Shown here: piece by piece, positions 18,601-24,059 of the stretch
Position numbering within the stretch: position 1 is the first letter of the stretch
Layout: every line of letters begins with the position of its first letter
DNA from: a virus
Lineage: Duplodnaviria > Caudoviricetes
Length of the DNA: 24,059 nt
Strand: one strand, 5' to 3'
Virus record (IMG/VR): IMGVR_UViG_3300025665_000352
Span: 1-24,059 of that record
Notes under the pieces: generated by a model
The model's database searches: none
Told to the model about the DNA's origin: nothing
Seen by the model: the letters and a program-made list of their open reading frames with translations, nothing else
Position numbers and translations under genes: made by a program

Positions 18601-19621
18601 GAATGCTCCGGGTCGTCAAGCGGCGTTGGAGGGTCCACCCGGTACGCCTCTTAAGGATCTTACGCCAGATGAGATAGATCAGATTGTCCGTAACGAAGGC
18701 GGACTAACCGACGCTGAAATTGAGAGAGAGATGCGCCGTAGCGGAGGCTATGGTGGAGGTGGACTCACTGATTCTGACTTGGATCGTTTGGCTAGACCAG
18801 AACCCGGTATTTCTGCCGATCCGTTAGACGAGGAAATAGCCAGAGAGATTGGTCCCGGCCCCGGCCCCGGATGGAAGACCGCCGATGATATACCAGCAAG
18901 TAAGGCGGGTGAGGTATGGCGTACCCCGGATAATGTTTGGGGTACCGCAACAGACGAAGAGTTGCTAGTGCTTTTGCATCATGCCCGAATGGAAACAAGA
19001 AGGAAGATCGATCCCTCACTCAGTCTCATAGGGGAGAATAGGCAAAGGGAGTTTCTGGCAGGGCAGCAGGCAGATTGGGCGAGTAGAGAGTTGACAAACC
19101 GTGGGTATACGCCGACCCGTGGTATCGATGATCCGTGGGAGGAGTTGAATTGGGGGAATATAGGGATAGATCGGCATCCTAGCGGCGAAATCTTTAAGGA
19201 TTTTGATTACGACGAGACTCTTGCGGGGATCCAAGCAAGAGTGAGGTCTTGGTATGACAATGAATATTGGCCCCAGCGAGTAGCCGGTAGCACTGGTTTG
19301 CAAACTCCACCGGACCTAGATTTGGATATAGGACCCTTTGGTGACCGTATGGGATGGTGGCTACCGGGTACCGGCTCGAAATTCAATGCAGACGTTACTC
19401 AAATGAGACTCAGGTTTTATTCAGATCAGAAACTTATTGCCTATATGGATGATCGCTATTTCCAGCCGGGTAGCCAGCCAAGGGCGCTTGAGTATCGTAA
19501 ATTGTTTGAAGACGAATACGCCCGTCGGAGAGCGATAGAGGCAGAAACAGGTAAGCCTTACGATCCGGGTCCACGGCCTCCGGGGCATCCGTCTACATGG
19601 AGACTTCCAGAGGGAGAATAA
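15638..19621 (+). CDS. Modular polyvalent protein with ADP-ribosyltransferase-like domains separated by G[LP]PGTP linkers
   Basis: 1327 aa; ART-like motifs VFHGT...GMFVA...AEKY...ILEF and YYHGT...GFHFS...LRLENPL...GYDG...WVVFD..QI; six PGTP linkers. Confidence 0.75.
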   Translation: MSEYGTQFREGGGPEWDFEEDRNPESGSLGAGLLTQPSVPSERTAQLVDTLGLALRVGADQAGDGPEADVITYADRWLRDTSGMTYGAILNVLELADAQDGIDWAHSLIEPPTAQFDVRHVVGYANPFSAVMDYATAAWDVTGAPWLRLAQGKPTETIGHDLSRAWQHATQADTRLDGYGGNPYGNQLANTLGVHSPADALWAALDVVDIVSLRWGGAVIAPVRQMLREAAERGSRLEVADAIASQSRSIRPLDRFGPGTPEGFDSLADDAVIHVFHGTTTESAAAIRETGVAGEKGMFVAPTRETAEKYLDPEGEILEFTVRKRDLVSRPFDDPALDEALSGEQFYEPLIGGFLPPGTQVEAYRPNQISKLEGLPGTPTTYYHGTAADFEDFDYGGDLLEPGTWGRNTPNADSGLGFHFSTSPESAEFIGPNIMERRLRLENPLEVDEVFGVQGLRIRAYISELGLDDLYEESYRAWRVKEGLPPISDATDPASRLLADMHERTYLENWRQEAVRIGNRRIMQRDHPTYPPMNEYSDESMVPNLDSLTDEQHELYSELTGGEVAGNIYGVGTRGDEITREWLKGLGYDGLHIREAFMGPDDLQYREGLPEQASWVVFDLDQISKLEGLPGTPEEWMYYTDGSGRKQYKGAGAFENPAGPDIQKVKDELGWTDDQFDQAKAAWANDPQRIEDQVAREAERLDMELDNLNPDPTDELLELSDLDPEVRDAINKIADDLGRSLGEHAEGRNLVREVEEYLGITGTPKGLPGTPEAYLDEIRSDPESFYGTRGLTQAQIDGGMRTSSADLDQMSWEQMFDLMRNASDPVYGHIEDEFMRRYNFLYGLKDQFVDHPQLDDFLRVFPEMTYPPETFGDMIAFAADPDLGTFGSDQADFITKIARDIDEWWGEFRGGLVDGPPGTPERIPTNRVDEDLMERYPQGYMPEDFVFNEPKVFDPNKSPIEQLVRDGEITRDQADALLEGVERIRTFPNAPGRQAALEGPPGTPLKDLTPDEIDQIVRNEGGLTDAEIEREMRRSGGYGGGGLTDSDLDRLARPEPGISADPLDEEIAREIGPGPGPGWKTADDIPASKAGEVWRTPDNVWGTATDEELLVLLHHARMETRRKIDPSLSLIGENRQREFLAGQQADWASRELTNRGYTPTRGIDDPWEELNWGNIGIDRHPSGEIFKDFDYDETLAGIQARVRSWYDNEYWPQRVAGSTGLQTPPDLDLDIGPFGDRMGWWLPGTGSKFNADVTQMRLRFYSDQKLIAYMDDRYFQPGSQPRALEYRKLFEDEYARRRAIEAETGKPYDPGPRPPGHPSTWRLPEGE
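16739..16774 (+). repeat. 36-bp exact direct repeat, copy A (CAAATCTCTAAGTTGGAGGGTCTACCCGGTACGCCT; QISKLEGLPGTP)
   Basis: Identical to 17501-17536 by direct comparison. Confidence 0.95.
17501..17536 (+). repeat. 36-bp exact direct repeat, copy B
   Basis: Identical to 16739-16774. Confidence 0.95.
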
Positions 19622-19626
19622 TTTGA

Positions 19627-19652
19627 TGCTATTCTATATTTCTGATAGGAGG
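19627..19652 (+). promoter_or_regulatory. Candidate extended -10 promoter (TG-C-TATTCT) and RBS AGGAGG
   Basis: TG 19627-19628, TATTCT 19630-19635, AGGAGG 19647-19652, ATG 19658; lies in a rare AT-rich intergenic gap. Confidence 0.5.
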
Positions 19653-19657
19653 GATCG

Positions 19658-20758
19658 ATGACTACCATATATGACGACCTGTTTAAAGCCGCACCCGGCA
19701 GCGACACGAATATTTATGGGTCTAATGCCAGTAACATTTTTGGGTGGACATGGCTTGGCAACTGGGCAGATCAAAGTAGCGACGCGCCTCTTGCGGCCCG
19801 TAAATTTATTGCCGACTGGGTAAAGAAGTTTAACGACCAAGTTATCTTGGGTACTGGCGGCGTTCAATATGCTGAAGATGTATTTATTCAGGACTTTCTA
19901 GACGATCTAGCGAATCAGTCGTGGTGGGCGGATCGGACTGCGGCTTGGCAGGCTGTCCAAAACCTGCGATATGGGACTGATGTTCCGCGCGGCGAATATG
20001 ATGCGCTTGTTGATACGACGGCGGAGTACGTCGCGGAATATGCGAAGGCGTTAGGGTTCAGCGATGTAAGTAAACAGACGGTAGATGATGCGTTTGTTCA
20101 GGATCTAATTAATAACGCGTCAACAGTGGGCGGCAATGGTTTGCCGGTCATGGATGAGAACCTCGCTGCCGGATTAATCGAAAAGTTCTATTTGCCTGAG
20201 CGGCAACTTGGCGGCGAGTTTGTTGAGGGAGCGCTGGATGTTGGACCGGGTTCGCTCAAAGATTTGTATGACAAGTTTAAGTTTGCTGCGCAGCAGAACT
20301 ATGTGTCGGTTAGCGACGAGGAGTTGTGGGATCTTGTTACTCGTGTGAAGCGGGAGGATATGAATTGGCAGTCGGCTTACGATATTATTTCTCGTAAGGT
20401 TGGCGATCAATACCAGTTTTTGAATGGGTCTGCGATTCTGGATCGGATCAATGATTTTTCTTATAATGAAGCCACGAGTAGTTTCGGTGGTTCTTCTTTG
20501 AAAAGTCATTTGGATCCGTTGCGGGTTACGTTGGCGGATGTGTGGGAGTTGGATTCTGATGAGGTTAGGTTGCAGGATGTCTTTGGCCCGCAGTTGGATT
20601 CTTTGATTACGGGCGAGGGTGACAATGAGCGGTTTATGAATTCGCGTGAGATGCGTGCTTGGGCGCGTACTCAGCCGCAGTTTCAGCAGACTTCTACTTA
20701 TTCGCAGGGAATAAGTAATATTATGTCTGGCATGTTGCAGGCGTTTGGGGTGCGGTGA
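19658..20758 (+). CDS. Hypothetical protein, probable virion-associated
   Basis: 366 aa ORF with strong RBS; helical-looking; TGATG coupling to the next gene. Confidence 0.6.
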   Translation: MTTIYDDLFKAAPGSDTNIYGSNASNIFGWTWLGNWADQSSDAPLAARKFIADWVKKFNDQVILGTGGVQYAEDVFIQDFLDDLANQSWWADRTAAWQAVQNLRYGTDVPRGEYDALVDTTAEYVAEYAKALGFSDVSKQTVDDAFVQDLINNASTVGGNGLPVMDENLAAGLIEKFYLPERQLGGEFVEGALDVGPGSLKDLYDKFKFAAQQNYVSVSDEELWDLVTRVKREDMNWQSAYDIISRKVGDQYQFLNGSAILDRINDFSYNEATSSFGGSSLKSHLDPLRVTLADVWELDSDEVRLQDVFGPQLDSLITGEGDNERFMNSREMRAWARTQPQFQQTSTYSQGISNIMSGMLQAFGVR

Positions 20759-22080
20759 TGGCTGAGAATCTGTTAGATCTTGCCAATACGGGTAGGCTGG
20801 GTAGTCGTCCTTTTGGAGAGATGACCCCGTATGAGATTTTAGCGCGGACACTTGACCGTGCGGCACAGGTTGGTCAAGGGAATTTAACATCGGAGATTAC
20901 GTCGGCAGATGTTAACCGGTGGGCTGATCGTATCGACGCTGCGCCTAATGCGTGGGAGGAAGTCGAGTCGATTCGTAGTGATATTCTTAAGTGGCGTGTC
21001 GGTACGGATCAGTTGGCTACAACATTCGGGTTGACTGAGGCGCAGGCTGAGGCTGCTTCAGAGGTTGGTGGCGATCTCGCTGCGACCGTTATGGCTCAAG
21101 GCGGAAGTTATCCCGGTTCGTTTGGTGGGCCTTCAGGCGGCGGCGGAGAAGATTTGGGCAGTGCATTCGATGCTGCGCAAGGCGAGAACGCGCTTGTCAA
21201 TTTGCAAAACGGGTTCGTGTCTGCGCTGTTGGAGGCGGGCATTGGTGCCGATTTGGCTGGCGATTTGTGGAATTGGGCCAAGGGCCGGTTTACGTCAGAT
21301 CCGTCGTTTACTGCTGCGCAGGCAATGATCGAAGTTTATGATCAGCCTGCGTTTAAGGAGCGGTTCCCGGCTATTGATCAGATGCGGATTGCTGGACGGC
21401 GCGACGTACCTACACCGTATGAATATGTGCAGCGAGAGAAGTGGTTGTCTGGCGAATTGAAGCGTTACGGCATGGCGGATTTGGGTGCCAATATCAATAC
21501 GGTTATTACCGATACGTTTGTTAATGGTGTGGGTACGGCGGAGATTCAGGAGCGGTTGGCTGGTGCGGCTCGTGTAATCTTTGAAGCCCCGGACGATGTG
21601 AAGCAGACGTTTATTGATTGGTATGGTCCGCAGGGTGATGCGGCTTTAATGATGACGTTCCTTGATCCAACAGATAATTGGGGTGGCGATTGGGTTGAGG
21701 TCAAACGAAACATCGAGACTTCTGAAGTTGGTGGTTTGTCGTCCATGATCTTGGATAGCAGGGTTGCGAAGGAGCGGGCACGATCTATTGCTGCGTTGGG
21801 GCTTCAGCAGGGCGCTATTTGGGATAAGTTTGCTACGTTGAAGGAACAGGAGAACTTGTTTATTGAACGCGCTGGTGAAACTGATTTGGATTTGATTTCG
21901 CATGGTTCTGCTGCCGAGTTTGGCGTAGAAGGTGAAGAGATTGGTGGCGAGTTCCTGTCTGGATTTGAATTGTCAGATATATTGGAACGTAGGCGGGGTA
22001 CCCGTGCAGCAGAATTTGCTGGCGGTGGTGGTGCTATGATTACTGGATCGTCTACAGGGTTCGGAGCGGCTAATGCCTAG
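20758..22080 (+). CDS. Hypothetical protein, probable internal virion protein
   Basis: 440 aa from ATG 20758 (TGATG overlap); Gly-rich C-terminus AAEFAGGGGAMITGSSTGFG. Confidence 0.6.
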   Translation: MAENLLDLANTGRLGSRPFGEMTPYEILARTLDRAAQVGQGNLTSEITSADVNRWADRIDAAPNAWEEVESIRSDILKWRVGTDQLATTFGLTEAQAEAASEVGGDLAATVMAQGGSYPGSFGGPSGGGGEDLGSAFDAAQGENALVNLQNGFVSALLEAGIGADLAGDLWNWAKGRFTSDPSFTAAQAMIEVYDQPAFKERFPAIDQMRIAGRRDVPTPYEYVQREKWLSGELKRYGMADLGANINTVITDTFVNGVGTAEIQERLAGAARVIFEAPDDVKQTFIDWYGPQGDAALMMTFLDPTDNWGGDWVEVKRNIETSEVGGLSSMILDSRVAKERARSIAALGLQQGAIWDKFATLKEQENLFIERAGETDLDLISHGSAAEFGVEGEEIGGEFLSGFELSDILERRRGTRAAEFAGGGGAMITGSSTGFGAANA

Positions 22081-22156
22081 AGTTCAGACAGCAAAGTCGA
22101 AGGGTAAGGCTAAGAAGATGCCTTACAAGAAGATCAAACGGAGGAAACGTGTTTAA
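22073..22156 (+). CDS. 27-aa highly basic peptide MPRVQTAKSKGKAKKMPYKKIKRRKRV
   Basis: Manual translation; GGAG at 22063-22066 upstream; overlaps the upstream stop and the holin start by 8 nt each, exactly filling the gap. Confidence 0.6.
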   Translation: MPRVQTAKSKGKAKKMPYKKIKRRKRV

Positions 22157-22337
22157 TCGAGATGTTTTTGAGAGGGCTATTGCGACGTTTATACAAGCAT
22201 TTCTTGCTGTATATGTCGTTGGTAGTACCGATTCGCTTAAGGCTGCATCGGTGGCTGGTGCGTCGGCTATATTGAGTTTCACTAAGTCTATGATTGCTAG
22301 TCAGTACGGTGACGGATCGGCTTCGGCTGTGTCGTGA
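22149..22337 (+). CDS. Holin, r1t-like
   Basis: 62 aa; ERAIATFIQAFLA resembles the r1t holin ERAxKTFxQ motif; two hydrophobic segments; GAGGA upstream of GTG. Confidence 0.7.
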   Translation: MFNRDVFERAIATFIQAFLAVYVVGSTDSLKAASVAGASAILSFTKSMIASQYGDGSASAVS

Positions 22338-22561
22338 TTGAATGGGTTGGCTTCGCTGGTTTAATCGGAGCCGCCCTGATCAGTGGTGTCTTTGCTGTTC
22401 TTGCGTCTAGGTATAGGCGTGAGAACAGAGAGCAATATCAGATCAATGCGATCAAGTTGTCGGGTGTTGCTGGTGACATTTCTGAGATATGTAAAGATAT
22501 TCGTTCGGTGCGTGAATGGCAGCATAGACACTTGGAGTGGCACGCCGAGCAGAAAGTGTGA
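22334..22561 (+). CDS. Small N-terminal-TM/coiled-coil protein (lysis-cassette-type membrane protein)
   Basis: 75 aa; hydrophobic WVGFAGLIGAALISGVFAVLA followed by RYRR, heptad-like segment and HLEWH end; GTGA overlap with the holin. Confidence 0.65.
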   Translation: MIEWVGFAGLIGAALISGVFAVLASRYRRENREQYQINAIKLSGVAGDISEICKDIRSVREWQHRHLEWHAEQKV

Positions 22562-22567
22562 TATAGT
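22557..22567 (+). promoter_or_regulatory. Extended -10 promoter TGTG-A-TATAGT for the head genes
   Basis: TRTG + TATAGT match at the start of the longest non-coding gap. Confidence 0.6.
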
Positions 22568-22572
22568 AATAA

Positions 22573-22751
22573 ACACATAGGCCGCTGTGTGCCCTCCGGG
22601 CCGGTGAGTGCTTATCCGTTGAGAACGCCCACGCTCTCGATGAGTAGATAGTGGAGACTGAACCAGATCGTGACGACTGGGGATGTTCTTTATTAATGTC
22701 ACCCACCGCACATTCCCTCCGTTTGTGCGCGATTTAGGCAGGAGAGACATC
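22573..22751 (+). ncRNA. Candidate structured 5' leader (cis-regulatory RNA) of the scaffold gene
   Basis: Stems CACATA/TGTGTG (22574-22591), GAGA/TCTC (22621-22638), GTGAC/GTCAC (22670-22702), CGCACA/TGTGCG (22707-22729) with CCCTCC loop; SD AGGAG 22740-22744. Confidence 0.45.
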
Positions 22752-23225
22752 ATGGCAGAGGCACAGGAAACCGGTATTAAGGAACTGCGAGAGGCAGCCG
22801 ACCGTGGTCGGAAGGCATCGCAGGAACTTGACGAGATGAAACGTGAAATGGCGTTTCTGAAGGCCGGTGTGGACACTGATACGAAGGCTGGACAACTTTT
22901 GTTTAAGGCTTACGACGGTGATTTAGATCCTGATCTTCTTCGGATTGAGGCAGAGGAGTTGGGCATCTTAAAGGGTGCTGATCCTAAGCCTGAACTCGAA
23001 TCGGAGGTCACGGAGGCTGATACGCAGGTTGCGCAACAGCGCCGGGATTTGGTATCCGATCAGGTTCCACCTGATACTTCGACGGAATCCCCTTACGATG
23101 TTGGTCACAGGCAGTTTAAGGAAATGGTTGATGCTGGTCGTCCGGTGGATGATGCGGCAGCAGCGTTTGTTTCAACTGTTATTGAGGCTGCGACATCGGG
23201 TGATGAGAGGGTTCTTTCTAGGTAG
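22752..23225 (+). CDS. Capsid scaffolding protein (putative)
   Basis: 157 aa from ATG 22752 (AGGAG RBS); acidic, N-terminal coiled coil IKELREAADRGRKASQELDEMKRE; upstream of the capsid gene. Confidence 0.7.
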   Translation: MAEAQETGIKELREAADRGRKASQELDEMKREMAFLKAGVDTDTKAGQLLFKAYDGDLDPDLLRIEAEELGILKGADPKPELESEVTEADTQVAQQRRDLVSDQVPPDTSTESPYDVGHRQFKEMVDAGRPVDDAAAAFVSTVIEAATSGDERVLSR

Positions 23226-23579
23226 ATGCCTACCTATGTTTACCGCTGTTCGGACTGCGACTTTCTTTATGAGAGATGGCAGCAGATGTCGGATGACGCG
23301 GATGAGGTTTGCGAGGAATGTGAAGGGTCCGTTCAGCGGGTTCTTCAGTCTCCGCAGATAACGCCGTCGTCTATGCCGACCCGGATGAATGCTGTTCCCC
23401 CTAAGAGGCATGAGCCTCAGTGGGAGAAGGGTAGGGCTGGTGAACGCAGGGTTGATGGTTCGTTTGCGCCGTATTTGCGGCCATCGGATCAAACGCCTAT
23501 GGGTGTCAAAGAGTTTGCTGATAATCGCTCCAAATATGAGGGTCATTTGCGGAAGGTTCGGTCGGGTAACACCGGCTAG
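23226..23579 (+). CDS. FmdB-family zinc-ribbon protein
   Basis: MPTYVYRCSDC...CEECEGSVQRVLQSP matches the MPxYxYxCxxC...CxxC...R pattern. Confidence 0.8.
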   Translation: MPTYVYRCSDCDFLYERWQQMSDDADEVCEECEGSVQRVLQSPQITPSSMPTRMNAVPPKRHEPQWEKGRAGERRVDGSFAPYLRPSDQTPMGVKEFADNRSKYEGHLRKVRSGNTG

Positions 23580-23611
23580 TTCATTACCTTCTACTCTTTT
23601 GGAGATTTATC

Positions 23612-24059
23612 ATGACAGTTAACCCTTATTCAGGGAAGGTCACTACATATGACCTGACCGTAGGGCAGAAGATTGACATGGACGAACTCATTTACATGAT
23701 TTCGCCTGTCGATTCTCCCCTTATTAACGGTGTCGCTTCAGATGGACGCCAGATTTTGGCTTCGTCTGGTACGACGGAGACTACGTTTAAGTGGATGGAT
23801 GAGGAACTTTTGCTTCCTCGTGCAGCCGCTAGCGCAGTCAACTCCAGTACGGGCACCAGTGTTACTACAGTTACCGTATCAACTACGGACATTTACAAGT
23901 TTCAGGTCGGTGACTTGCTCACCATCATGGATGAGGGTGCTGCCCAGCACGGTGCAGTCCTTCTTGTAGATAGTCTCGTACTTAGTACGGGTGTCATGAC
24001 CGTTTCCGGTTGGGCAAACCATGGAGACCAGACCGCTATTGCGGTAGGTGACATTGTTA
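23612..24059 (+). CDS. Major capsid protein, N-terminal part (DUF5309/SU10-like; runs off the window)
   Basis: GGAG RBS 23601-23604; MTVNPYSGKVTTYDLTVGQKIDMDELIYMISPVDSPLI...TTFKWMDEEL resembles the D..d.I..isP.dtP...eW..d.L pattern; open to the window end. Confidence 0.75.
   Translation, partial: MTVNPYSGKVTTYDLTVGQKIDMDELIYMISPVDSPLINGVASDGRQILASSGTTETTFKWMDEELLLPRAAASAVNSSTGTSVTTVTVSTTDIYKFQVGDLLTIMDEGAAQHGAVLLVDSLVLSTGVMTVSGWANHGDQTAIAVGDIV

Larger units (their letters stand above)
16409..18649 (+). repeat. Dispersed in-frame 12-bp core CCCGGTAC[G/A]CCT x6
   Basis: Cores at 16409-16420, 16763-16774, 17525-17536, 17939-17950, 18386-18397 (ACA variant), 18638-18649; extra partial GGTACGCCT at 17921-17929. 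Confidence 0.9.

Noticed and set aside
18851-18871. GGTCCCGGCCCCGGCCCCGGA microrepeat (GPGPGPG)
   Set aside because: Simple low-complexity linker; lacks the PGTP core.
18918-18925. Reverse-strand GGTACGCC 8-mer resembling the linker core
   Set aside because: An isolated 8-mer is expected by chance in a window of this size.
19361-19375. LPGTG as a sortase LPxTG signal
   Set aside because: Not followed by a transmembrane helix and basic tail; more likely a degenerate linker or chance.
22683-22751. Longer 180-aa start for the scaffold ORF
   Set aside because: ATG 22752 has the clear AGGAG RBS; the extension overlaps the predicted leader stems.

Overview
A 24 kb, entirely plus-strand, tightly coupled virion morphogenesis region of a tailed dsDNA phage. 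It is probably podovirus-like; an actinobacterial host is only a weak inference. Gene order: partial CDS, a 14-codon remnant, a 20-aa-repeat fibre-like protein, a small Ig-like protein, a terminase large subunit with N-terminal HTH, portal, a Pro-rich protein, a block of large putative internal/ejection proteins (2518, 715, 310 aa lysozyme-like, 1327, 366, 440 aa), a tiny basic ORF, an r1t-like holin, a small membrane protein, a promoter with a structured leader, scaffold, an FmdB-type zinc ribbon and the start of the major capsid protein. The standout is the 1327-aa gene (15638-19621). After an N-terminal carrier-like region it is built from six sequence-dissimilar modules, at least two ADP-ribosyltransferase-like. 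Each module is preceded by an in-frame G[LP]PGTP linker whose DNA is conserved, including an exact 36-bp direct repeat and palindromic elements. This looks like a repeat-delimited, shufflable (or proteolytically processed) effector cassette array inside one virion gene. All family calls come from motif recognition by eye, not database searches.
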